Below, piece after piece: positions 1 through 10,601 of a stretch of 64,000 nt of DNA. The stretch covers positions 248,001-312,000 of the forward strand of contig QPGO01000009.1 of the NCBI GenBank assembly GCA_008632985.1. Direction: 5' to 3'. Source of the DNA: Psammoneis japonica (taxonomy: Eukaryota). Positions within the stretch are counted from its first letter, which is position 1. Each line of letters begins with the position of its first letter. Position numbers and translations under genes: made by a program. The notes under the pieces were generated by a model. It was not told the origin of the DNA. It saw only the letters and a program-made list of their open reading frames with translations, and did not search any database.

Positions 1-810
1 ATCTGACATTGTCGCTGATTCCTTTTCAATTCTTTCCTCCAGTTATCTCACGGCACGCTTCTGTTTCGTTTTCGGACGATGGGATCGTATTTTCTTCTTT
101 TTGTTTTCTTTGGCGGCCGTCTTTTCTTTTGGCTTGTGTGTCGCCCTTTATTTCTCAATGTACGAAAAGTGAATGGCACTGCGTCCTTCGCCATCCTTGA
201 ATTGCGACAGCTCATCAAAATTCGATACATCGGCGTGCTAACTTGAATAATCTAGAGAACGTATTTCTTGGCCTTGTCGCCATGCTCTTCCAGAGCCGCG
301 TGAAGCAACATGGTCAGAAACGCTCTGCTCTAGAAGATGATTCATCGTGCTTGCATTTGAGCTTCAGATTTGTTCTTTCCGATTTCGTCATTTCTCCCAA
401 TATGTTTGTGATTTCTCCAACACAGTGTTAGTTATGATTTGATCCAGATAACATACTCGAGTACATACCGGTAGTACATTTTGTGCCATCGCCAATCATC
501 GCCAGGTTTTTTAGGTGTTACTGTAGTTGCGTTGCTTGTTGGCGCAGTAGCCGCTCGTAGAAATGTACCGAGAAAAAGGAGGAATCCGGAACCTGCACAC
601 GAAATGCACATTGCAGTGAACTCATCACGCGCGCGTGCTACGTATGCTGTCAGGCAGTTTCGCGTTTCGCCGCCCGACGCCCGCGACCATGGCACAAATA
701 ATAAAAAGAGACAGTTCAGGAGTTTTGAGAAGCGCGTCGTCGTTGTTGAGATTAAGACCATACTATATTTCGGGTGTATAAGGTTATGATATGTACGCCT
801 TACTGTGATT

Positions 811-2049
811 ATGTTTTCAGATCAAATTGCTGAAATATCATTGAACGGTCCGTCGAAATGTTTGGATGCAATTCATGCCGATCGAATGACAAGCCGATTC
901 GTGGCTGCAACTTGTACTACTTCTGAAACTGTCTTGCACGTGCTGCGCTTTCACTCGGATTTAAATGAACTCGGAAACGATGGAACTCTTGAATTGGAAC
1001 AGCCTGTGGATCATATCGTGACAGCTCCTAACGATGCCGGCTTGATTCTGACAAGCAGCTATGCGAGCGATACGGTGAGCCTGTTGCGGATACCTCGGCA
1101 TGTCGTAACAAACGAGAGTGATTTAGAGTACAAGCCGAGCGAAGGACAAGAAGACGAATCTACTTCAACTCGACCGAATCCTTCTCAAGACGACGAAGAA
1201 GAAGCGTCTCTGGAACAAGCAGCAACCTTTGTTCATGGAAACAACGAACGATTGGCGCATGTGGTTTGGCGTGGAGAAGACTATGATGCAGGTGAAATCT
1301 TTACTCTTACACACAAAGGAACCGTTTCTCAGTGGGATGTAGACCACGGTGGACGTCCTATGCGAGCCGAGTTGGTCTATAGTGATGATGATACAACACA
1401 ACGAGACATGGTAACAATCCCACCTCCACGTTTGGCTTGTGATCCTCATTTCGCTCAGTCCCTCTGCGTGACGGACAAGCATGATGTGAAAATTCTCGAT
1501 TGGAGAACCGATACATCCTTACCAACGGGGACGGTATCACAAATCAAGAATGCGCACGTTTTGGGTAGTGTCACGGACGTGGACTACAATCCCAACAAGC
1601 CGCACATTCTCGTCACTAGTGGACAAGACGGTTTACTCAAGTTTTGGGACTTGAGATACTCGGGAAGTAACTACAAGAGCAAACCCATTTTAGTGGGCCG
1701 TGGTGGACATTCTCATTGGGTATCATGTGTCAAGTTCAACCCTTTTCATGATCAATTGGTTCTTTCGGGAGGAACGGATGCCATTGTGAATTTGTGGCGA
1801 ATGTCCAGCATTTCGAGCGCACCATTGCTTCAGTTGCCTTCCACTGGATCCTTGTCGAGTGGGGACCATCATGCTGCTGCTGCAGATACTTCCAACAATG
1901 TTCGTGTATCCAAGTACGAGCACTCAGATTCGGTTTACAGCGTCACGTGGGGTGCAGCAGATGCTTGGATTTATGTTTCGGTTGCATATGATGGCAAGGT
2001 TGTGTTGAAGCACGTCCCTTCGGACGAAAAGTACAAGATCTTGCTGTAA
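811..2049 (+). CDS. EIPR1: WD40-repeat protein, EIPR1/TSSC1 (EARP-interacting protein) family
   Basis: Single ORF, ATG at 811, TAA at 2047-2049. WD40 repeats DVDYNPNKPHILVTSGQDGLLKFWDLR and GHSHWVSCVKFNPFHDQLVLSGGTDAIVNLW, followed by SSISSAP and the C-terminus HSDSVYSVTW...WIYVSVAYDGKVVLKHVPSDEKYKILL, which I recognise as TSSC1/EIPR1-like. The start codon is my choice of the first in-frame ATG. Confidence 0.85.
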   Translation: MFSDQIAEISLNGPSKCLDAIHADRMTSRFVAATCTTSETVLHVLRFHSDLNELGNDGTLELEQPVDHIVTAPNDAGLILTSSYASDTVSLLRIPRHVVTNESDLEYKPSEGQEDESTSTRPNPSQDDEEEASLEQAATFVHGNNERLAHVVWRGEDYDAGEIFTLTHKGTVSQWDVDHGGRPMRAELVYSDDDTTQRDMVTIPPPRLACDPHFAQSLCVTDKHDVKILDWRTDTSLPTGTVSQIKNAHVLGSVTDVDYNPNKPHILVTSGQDGLLKFWDLRYSGSNYKSKPILVGRGGHSHWVSCVKFNPFHDQLVLSGGTDAIVNLWRMSSISSAPLLQLPSTGSLSSGDHHAAAADTSNNVRVSKYEHSDSVYSVTWGAADAWIYVSVAYDGKVVLKHVPSDEKYKILL

Positions 2050-2325
2050 GAGTAGCTCAAGTGATTTGTAGAAAGTAGAAAGTAGTTATGCGACTATAAT
2101 CAACAACAGCAGAAAATCGATATTGTGCTACTCCGGCTTGAACAGCGAGATCTTGCTGTAAGAGTAGTTCAAGTGATTTGTAGTAAACAGTAAATAGTTA
2201 TGCGACAAATCAGCAATAGTGCCGTTGTTTCTGAACATCGATCGATAGATATCTCTACTCTCTACCGTAGAGATTAGATCTTGCTTGCTTGTATATGCTA
2301 CTGTACTCCGGGTTGAACAGCGACC
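2036..2325 (+). repeat. Imperfect tandem duplication of the WD40 gene stop/3'UTR region
   Basis: AGATCTTGCTGTAAGAGTAG(C/T)TCAAGTGATTTGTAG...TAGTTATGCGAC at ~2036 and ~2148. TACTCCGG(C/G)TTGAACAGCGA at ~2129 and ~2304. Confidence 0.8.
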
Positions 2326-4207
2326 TAATTGCGATCAAGGCGATGAGCTACACCTCATCTGCATCGCTCATCACTCTCATCCCGCATTTGCATTGCAATG
2401 CTGCTATCTGACGATGGGAATCATTACGCAAACAGTCACCCCTTGTGATGCTACGGTGTGCGCCATTGGTTCTGACAACCAAAAATGCCGTTCCTTATAC
2501 CTGGCACCGTATGTACGGCACCTCCTCCATGAATGTCACGGCACTCATCAACGCAGACGATGCTCATGGCTCATGGACTCACACATTGAACAATCGACTG
2601 CACTAAGTGCGGAACTTCTTCCTTTTGTGTTTTTGTTCGTCATCCGCCGATTTGGATATCTGGAAAAGATAAAACAACGTCTCGATCCAACTCACAGTCG
2701 AGAATTGGAATCAAGTCAGGATACAGCATACAGCTCTTGCAACAAACTCTTATCAGATGTTATTGGCTCGCAAGATCCGAGCTTGTGTAAAGCAAACTTC
2801 GAATGTGAGACTGAGACCGACAATTTTTCAGGCCCTTCTTTGAGCGACTCAAAATGATCAAGGATTTTTCGAATGGTGAAGCAGAGATTCACAGGATCCT
2901 CCTGTCTAGTGAGAATATGCTGGCAGAGACGTTTGGTCTCAAATCTGAACACAGCGGTATTATTGGCAGAAATCTCATTCTAACAATCCGACGACGTTGG
3001 TTCACAAATTGGCAACTGCATTCCATCAAATCGTAAGCCTACATTTGTGCATCTCGAGAATGGCAACCGTTGCCGCACCGCTTGAATGAAATCCTACTTG
3101 CTGAATGTACATGTCAACGTGGCATCGGAAGTCAAACACACTACAACATTGTATGAAAGCATTTTCCTACACGAGTGTTGCTTCTCATTGCACTTGAGGA
3201 TATTCTCCAGACGTGGGCTGAAACATTTGCGGGCTGAAACATTCGCCCGGTGAAACGCCAACAGATTCGAGCACGCAGTTCCAACTCTGACGTACGGAAT
3301 TTCGTTCCTCCAGGGTGGTTCCAGCCAAGGTGGAATTTTGGTGTGACCGTGATGAGCCTTTACGTCCTGCCATATTATGTCATCTGGGTTGGTACCTCTT
3401 GCTTCGTGTTTCGCTGAATTGAATTGTATCACTCTGTGTCGTGGGGGATTAGATGATCGCGCCATTCAACAAATCTTCTGCGAGTCAATGTGGAGGCGTG
3501 TGGACCGATTTGATGCACTTTGTAGCATTGCTGCCAATGCTGTGTATTGTTATCTTGACATGGCTTTGCTGTCCCTCCGAGACAATCAGGCAAGATGGAT
3601 CGTGTCTGTGCACGAGCCGGTCTGATAAGTATCCGTATGATGGCCACGAAAAGACAAAAGTCAGTCCTTGCACCAACGAGAGCTGCGCCAACTTTGTTAT
3701 TCTCTAACATTGGTAATCGAGGCGGATCGTCGGATAGGAGCTCCATGAGGTACTTGCTTGACTCTAGAACAAACGCTTGACTGAAAGTGGATACGAGTCA
3801 TCATTGGTGGCGTCTCCGAGGTTGTTTTCAGTGCTCTTCCTCGTGCCGCGTCTTGTTCATTGTTGCTCCCACGTCAAGTACGATATCTTGTTCCGGAGCA
3901 TTGCAGAATAGCGATAAAAAGATAATATTCATTACGAATGAAAACCAATATCAGTCTCGACCTCTGATTGTTTCTACCAACAGCCTACGAGTAACCGAAT
4001 GCAAACGTGCCCCATCCCGCGAAATCGAAAATCGTGGGCGTGACTCCGTCGGATTTTCTACGGGCTTCTCCGGTACAGTTTCTACGCATTCACGAATGGG
4101 CCAGCCGCAACAACGAGCGACCGTCACGCTCACCACACAATTCAAGTTTTGCTTGCATTGAAACACATTGTTACCAATCTATCTTCACTGATACTATCAC
4201 CCCCATT

Positions 4208-6064
4208 ATGATTGCATACATTGCACTACTCATTCTCTTTATGAATCTCCTGCTACGTGTATTTCACGGTAAGCAGAACCACGGCCGAATCGTTGGCGGT
4301 TTCCTTTGGGAAGCGTGGGACAAGATTCGCTGCACGATTCACGCTCTCGTGCCCGTTGTCGTTGCGATCTGGAAAGCTCTCCTCTCCTTATATGCTGGGA
4401 TATTCATACACTCCTCGTTGAAGTTGATTGGTGCTAAGGTCCATTTCTTGTACTACCGAATTATGGAAATCGACGACCTTACCACTCTTCTTTGGGATCG
4501 AGCGTGCGATGCTGTTGCGGCTACTCTCGCGGTTGCGGTGGTTGCATGGACCGTGTATTGGTTCTCCTACTTCATCTACGTCCCCTTGCGATTTCTGTTC
4601 CCGTGGCTACTGCTCTTGAAGCGCAAAATAGTTGGTCGTGGGCGCATCAGATGGAAACCGGACCGAATGATGTTGAAGAACCGTTACGTTGGTGACACTC
4701 CTCCCGTTCCAACCGGCGTGGCCGCTCCACCATGTCTTCGGATCCCTCGATACACCCGTGTCATTCCTGTCCTGAATGATGAGCAATTGGCTGCTGCGCT
4801 GCTTGAGTTTGACTGGAAGCAAGACCGATACATTCGTGAGTATCGTACGGATCCAAGGTATGATCACTGGCGTGGCTGGGTGCGGACTCCAGCAGCAATT
4901 GAAACGGCCAAGGTTGTTGCAGCGGTTGACGAACCCATTGCTGATGCTCCTCCAGTCCCTACTGGCGTGACCGCTCCACGATGTCTTCGGATCCCTCGAT
5001 ACACCCGTGTCATTCCCGTCCTGAATGATCAGCAATTGGCTGCTGCGCTGCTTGAGTTTGACTGGAAGCAAGACCGATACATTCGTGAGTATCGTACGGA
5101 TCCAAGGTATGATCACTGGCGTGGCTGGGTGCGGACTCCAGCGGCCATGGAACCGGCCGAGGCTCTTGCTGATCCAGTAGAAAGGCATGTCAGGTGGAAA
5201 CCCGACCGAGTGATGACTCAAGACTTTCACGTTGGTGACATTCCTCCAGTCCCAACCCGTGTGCCTGCCAAACGCGTTCTTCGACGTGCACGTTACACCC
5301 GTGTGATACCCGTATTGAATGATGAGCAGTTGGCTGTGGCGATGCTTGAATTTGATGCGGGTCAAGAAGAAAGTATTCATTACTGGGACTCTGATCTTTC
5401 GTGTGATCACTGGCGTGGCTGGGTGCGGACTCTAGCTGCCATTGGACCCGCTGATGCTGCAGACAACAACCCCATTGCTGACGATGCCTCGGATATTTTG
5501 GATATGGAACCGGCTGAGGATACGGACAACAATCTAAATGCTGTGGAGGAAGCAGTTCCTGATGTTGTTGAAGAGCCTTGGGAAGCCTTGAACGAGCCTG
5601 CTGCGACTGTTGACGACGCACCAGATGATGCGGATGTGGGCGTTCCTGTTGCTGTAGTAGAGGAACCTGTCGTTGAAGCCGTGGACCATCCTGCTGTGGC
5701 TATTGACGACGCTCCAGTCGATGCGGAGGTGGGCGTTCCCGTTGCTGACGTTGAGGAACCTGCTGCTGCTGACGCCACGAACGATCAAGCGATTGCTGCA
5801 CACGACGAGGAAGTTGTTCTTGGAGCTGTAGCCGAGGAGCCTGACGATACTTTCGATGTTCAGGATATGGCTGCTGACAACAATCCAGTGGAAGAGGAGG
5901 ATGTTGTTCCTGATGCTGTACTTGTGAGAAACAAGGAAAAGCAAGCCCACACTGTCCCATTGAGACGCTCGCCTAGGCTCCGTCAAGCCGCTGGCAGTGT
6001 CTTTGTTTCGTCTAATACTGGGCGTGTCGTGCGTAGATCCGCAAGGATCATGAGTCGCCGCTAG
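4208..6064 (+). CDS. Hypothetical protein: hydrophobic N-terminus, three ~65-aa internal repeats, acidic tract, C-terminal RRSPRL...RRSARI motifs (possibly TE-borne)
   Basis: Uninterrupted ORF (4007-6064 in the track; first ATG at 4208). Repeat PPVPTG...RIPRYTRVIPVLNDEQLAAALLEFD...DHWRGWVRT occurs three times, followed by Asp/Glu/Val/Pro-rich repeats and a basic tail. Confidence 0.6.
   Translation: MIAYIALLILFMNLLLRVFHGKQNHGRIVGGFLWEAWDKIRCTIHALVPVVVAIWKALLSLYAGIFIHSSLKLIGAKVHFLYYRIMEIDDLTTLLWDRACDAVAATLAVAVVAWTVYWFSYFIYVPLRFLFPWLLLLKRKIVGRGRIRWKPDRMMLKNRYVGDTPPVPTGVAAPPCLRIPRYTRVIPVLNDEQLAAALLEFDWKQDRYIREYRTDPRYDHWRGWVRTPAAIETAKVVAAVDEPIADAPPVPTGVTAPRCLRIPRYTRVIPVLNDQQLAAALLEFDWKQDRYIREYRTDPRYDHWRGWVRTPAAMEPAEALADPVERHVRWKPDRVMTQDFHVGDIPPVPTRVPAKRVLRRARYTRVIPVLNDEQLAVAMLEFDAGQEESIHYWDSDLSCDHWRGWVRTLAAIGPADAADNNPIADDASDILDMEPAEDTDNNLNAVEEAVPDVVEEPWEALNEPAATVDDAPDDADVGVPVAVVEEPVVEAVDHPAVAIDDAPVDAEVGVPVADVEEPAAADATNDQAIAAHDEEVVLGAVAEEPDDTFDVQDMAADNNPVEEEDVVPDAVLVRNKEKQAHTVPLRRSPRLRQAAGSVFVSSNTGRVVRRSARIMSRR
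4699..5435 (+). repeat. Intragenic coding repeats (two near-identical ~195-bp copies ~249 bp apart plus one diverged copy)
   Basis: ATGTCTTCGGATCCCTCGATACACCCGTGTCATTCC...GATCACTGGCGTGGCTGGGTGCGGACTC at ~4732 and ~4981, with a diverged third copy at ~5243-5435. Confidence 0.9.
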
Positions 6065-6629
6065 ACTCATTAGATGCTTGTTTTGTACCTGTGGAAGTCT
6101 AGAATGCATGGGGGCATTTCTGTATTCCAATTCCGGGTATCAACAATCATGTTTTCGCATCAAAGACTCGCCAACATTGCACGAGTTTGTCGTGCTATTC
6201 ATAATACGATGGGGTGCACTCGTTGTGTCACGTTACATTCGAATGCACCCCCAATGTAAGTCAATTTCGTGCCTCCTTTCCATTTTCATTTGAGACTTGT
6301 TTACTAACCTTGCTTTTCGTTTTCATTTCACAACATAGAAATATACCCTTTACCCGGTTCGACCACCCGACTTGAAACGATACGACAGACAGTCTTTGTT
6401 GAAATACTAAGGTTCAAGTAACCGTGGGTCCCGCCCCGCAACTTACGTTTTCTCAAACAAAATGTGTACCAGGAATGATTGGTCTTTCAACATCAAGAAT
6501 ACCCTGTTCGTATCTGCTCGAGACCCGTGGAGGTCAATGGACCAACCCATAACTTTGAATGTCGGACGCGGAGAAATAAGAAATAGACTAGATACTGTAG
6601 TAAGGGACAAAACGGAATTGGACTTCAAA

Positions 6630-7194
6630 GGATAGCGGCTCCAATGCTAGTAATAATTAGTAGTGCCGGGGATTAACCGTGTAGTGGTACTTTAATTTGT
6701 ATTCCCGTCCTGTGTCGTCAGATATTGTGTAAAGCTTGCGTACAAAGTATTCTATTAGTCGACCAAAAGAGTCTCTAGTAGTTGCTATGAAGAATCAAGT
6801 ACTACTAGAGCGCATTCGGCTATCGGAGATTCACACGAGGAACATCAGACATTCTTCCGTCTTCTCATAGGTCCAACACCGTAGCTACAAGTCTCCTTGG
6901 ATAGCGGCTCCAATGCTGTCACGCATTCCGTTGCGTCTAGTAATAATTAGTAGTGCCGGGGTTTAACCGTGTAGTGGTACTTTAATTTGTATTCCCGTCC
7001 TGTGTCGTCAGATATTGTGTAAAGCTTGCGTACAAAGTATATTTCTATTAGTCGACCAAAAGAGTCTCTAGAGTAGTTGCTATGAAGAATCAAGTACTAC
7101 TATAGCGCATTCGGCTATCGGAGATTCACACGAGGAACATCAGACATTCTTCCGTGTTCTCATAGGTCCAACACGGTAGCTACAAGTCTCCTTG
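6630..7194. repeat. Tandem duplication of ~270-295 bp covering the 3' end of the DBP4-like pseudogene
   Basis: GATAGCGGCTCCAATGCT...TAGCTACAAGTCTCCTTG at 6630-6899 and 6900-7194. The copies are near-identical, and the second carries small insertions. Confidence 0.9.
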
Positions 7195-9175
7195 CGCCTT
7201 GACGTCTATGCTGCTACGGGCATGCTGGTCATCGCTACTTGATGATGAATCGCTCTCCTCGTCGCTGCTGCTACTACTACTAGAAGACCCCTCGTCGTCA
7301 CTATGTCCGCCAAGAGTCACCATCATGCCAGTATCCTGCTGCTGCTCATCCAATGCGCCCTTTGCTTTGATTCGTTTCTGCTTGCGCATTTCCCGTACTC
7401 GCTCCTTTTCCTGTTGACGATCCTGCTTCATATTATCCTCCAACCGCTGACGCACCTTGTCGACATAGGATTGATTTGCATCCGCCAACGAGTCCGGTAC
7501 CAAAGACGATTCGTTTATTCTTAATATCTGAACCTCCATATCGACCTTGATTCTCTTTGCCTTTCGAGATTTGGTAACTTCATGAATGCCACACTCGGTT
7601 GCGTCTACATCCTCCTGGCTCCACTCGTGCCGTTGCTTTACAGCCAACAAGTCGTCCTCTTCTTTCTCCTCCTCGTTTGACATTTTTGGATTTGCGTACC
7701 TGCGTTCGATCCTTGATTTTTTGTCGAAACCGAAGGTTGGGAGTAAAGGGCAGTCCCAGATGTCACGCCACAGGAAGAAGCCGGCATGTTGGAATTGCTG
7801 AGCAAGTCTCGCGTGCCGTTGAAAAAGTTGGCCATGAACCCAACCAAGACGGTTCTTGTTACCCGACGTGCAGCCTCGCTTGTCGCGTCCAATCCTAAGC
7901 TACAGTCGCTCGCCAAAAAAGCGTTTCAGTCCTATCTACGATCGATTCATCTAATGCCAAACAAGGACATCTTCAAGTTGGATGACTTGGCCGTGGACGA
8001 GTTTGCCACACAACAACGACTTTCCACCACGATTGTACCGTGCTGCTCGTCCAACACGATGAATATACATGTCTTGGTCTTCGGGCGCATCCACTTGAAC
8101 GACCCAATCGACACTTGCAAAGTCCAACCCGCGCGCTACGACGTCTGTCGCAAACAAGACGGCGTTGGGTCGATGGACAAAGTCAAAATAAATAGAGGTT
8201 CGTTCGGTTTGTACCAGCTTGCCATGCAATGCCATGACGGGAATACCGGGTTGAAGGGCACAAAAGAGCTGCCACGCAATGCGTACTTGGGAACACGACG
8301 CCAAGAATATAATCGATTTTGACTTGAGATGTGACTTGATAAAGGAATACACCATGTTGAGCTTATGCTCAAGGGGGGGCACAACGACAGACTGAATCAG
8401 ATTGGATGTAGTAGATGTTGACTCCTTATCGTATGCACCAAGGTATTCGGGTGTTTTCAAAGACAACGCCGCCAAATCAGAAACTCGTTTCCTCTGCGTT
8501 GCAGAAAACAACAAAGTTTGCCGTTCGCTCGGTAGATATTCCAAGATTTGAAGCATTTGATTCCGAAAGCCCATGTCAATTATTCGATTACTAGTATTTG
8601 CAGGTTCGAAACGTCAAGATTTGGTGTCTGTTCCAAGTGCTGCAACAAACGTCCCGGTGTAGCCACGAGTATATTGGTGGATCCAACATGCTGTTGTCTG
8701 TTGTTCGACATGATATTTTTTTGCCGCCCACTACTAGTCCAGCCGACAATGCGTGATGCTGTCCCATCTTTTTCAATACTTGAAAGATCTGTACCGCAAG
8801 CTCGCGAGTCGGGCTTAGAACAAGAGCACCGGGCCCGTCGGATGGAGTGTATCTCGAGCGAAACAGCTTTTCAATAACCGGCACCAGATAGAAACGCAAG
8901 AGTTTTTTCCGAGCCCGTTCGTGCTGCGCCCAAAATGTCTCTTCCACACAGCGCATGAGGAATACAAGCGTTTTGTATTTCAGTCAGGGTGACAAAGTTA
9001 GCTCCATCCAATACACGCAACGTTGCTTCCGACAAAAAAGCGGAGGAGTATACCCTCGATCAGGAGCTTCCGCCGCAATCCGCTGTTCCAGACTCTCAAT
9101 CTCCTGCTCTAATTTTACAACATGTCTCTCATCGCCCTGCTTCTTTTGGGGATAGCGGCGCTTTTACTTGGCCAT
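7180..9175 (-). pseudogene. DBP4: DEAD-box RNA helicase DBP4/DDX10 pseudogene with internal inversion
   Basis: Minus strand carries a Q-motif ([23 protein letters not shown]), motif I altered to RTGSEKT, then [35 protein letters not shown] and YIHRVGRAAR, and an acidic C-terminus. Defects: TAA at codon 4 after ATG 9175, several frameshifts, DEAD motif missing, and ~7761-8010 reads in sense on the + strand (AKKAFQSYLRSIHLMPNKDIF). Confidence 0.85.
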
Positions 9176-9549
9176 GGTCCATGGTCCATGGTGCTTGTTT
9201 CTGCGACAGAAAAGAAAAAGTGAAAACAGAAAAAAAAAAAGTGAAAACAGAAAAAAAAAAAGTGCAGGAGTAGAAAAAATAAGTGGGTTTCTGCGAACAG
9301 CTCAGCACCCATTTGACTCTATCGACTAAAGATCTACAGTGCTCGTACTTGAAAATCACATCTGTGATTAGAGTCTTCCATCTTCGACAGATGCCGTAGT
9401 CCCATGATGCTAGTTACAGCAACACTTTCATCATTTACTATTCTAGTGTAGAGTCTGTAGCTAAGAGAAAGAGGGAAAAATTGCAACACTGCTCCTGTCC
9501 TTCTGTTTGAACTGCAGTTTGCTGCTGCAGATTTGAGGCGCAAAAAAGT

Positions 9550-10601
9550 CCATTTGAAAGCCATTTCCTCCTCCTTTTCCGTTTCGGCATCCCTCTCAAC
9601 ATGGCTTTGCTCTATTTCATTTTGGTCAAAGACTAAATGGGCAATGTCGTGTCCAATCACTTCAATCTCGTGAGCAATCTCTTCCATCTCGTGCTTCAAC
9701 TCAGCGCCAATCTCTTCTGCAGTCATGTGCGGAAAAACAAGCCGTCGGCAAGAATGCATTCACCCTCCATTCCAGTGACACAATGTGGTTCTTCCTCTTT
9801 GAATTCCTTTGTTGAACCAGCAAGAACAGAAAGCCAAAATGTCCAACACAGGCCGTGCACTGACAGAAACGGAATTTGCGGGCTCTCTTTGACAAAACTG
9901 AGCTGTGCAAATTGAGCGGGCATCCACAAGAGCAAGTTCCGTTGCATGAGGGGCAAAAAGTTCTGCTTGGCTCGTTCCAGGGCGGCATTGGCCAACAAGT
10001 TTTGTGCCATTCTTGTCAATGCAAAAAACATGGGACAGTGCAGAAAGGGCACAATCCCCAATTTGCTGGCCAGAGTCTGTTCTGTGGCGGCTGCAAAATC
10101 CATGGGTGCACCCGAAAACACAGATGTCACATGTTGTCCGTGACAGTGCTGTGCAATGACAGGAAATGCCACGTGTTGCAGCACTCGGTGACTCATGTCA
10201 AAAGCTGCAAACGATGCAGCTCATTGCTTGGTGCAGTCGTTGTTGGGTTCGTGCACTTGAGCAATTGAATCTCCCGCAACAGCGAGACCAGCTCCTGTTG
10301 CCATTTTTGTTGACAAGGGATGAGCCACCAATGTGTTCATGTGCACTCCTAAAGTTGGAATGGATGTTGTTGAAGAAGCTGCTGACAGCAATTGCAAGTG
10401 ATGGGGTGCAATCAGTGGTGCCAAACTTGATGATCCTGGCAAGGTGCAAAGCCCGGTCAGCACCACTGCAAACTTTCGACAGAGACGTCTCATGGCAACT
10501 TGTGGAGAAATGCTGCATGTTTCATTCAGATCAGTTTGATGTGCTTTCAAGGAGCTCAAGGCTGTGAGAAGAAGAAGAATGGTCAATGTCCTGTGCTGCA
10601 A
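9550..10601 (-). pseudogene. Mpv17/PMP22-family membrane protein pseudogene, hypermutated
   Basis: Fragments LVAHPLSTKMATGAGLAVAGDSIAQ, AASFAAFDM, EQTLASKLGIVPFLHCPMFFAL and NLLLWMPAQFAQLSFV...QIPFLSVHGLCWTFWLS match the Mpv17/PMP22 pattern. There is an in-frame TGA at ~10221, frameshifts, and no Tyr. Ends are approximate. Confidence 0.8.

Noticed and set aside
150..300. Minus-strand fragment DELSQFKDGEGRSAIHF resembling an ankyrin-repeat start
   Set aside because: Too short and flanked by stops, so it cannot be supported as a gene.
2285..3950. Several 60-190-aa ORFs between the WD40 gene and the orphan gene
   Set aside because: No recognisable domain, consistent strand or splice pattern.
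9172..9265. CCATGGT x3 and CAGAAAAAAAAAAAGTGAAAA repeats upstream of the DBP4 pseudogene
   Set aside because: Simple slippage repeats with no evidence of function.
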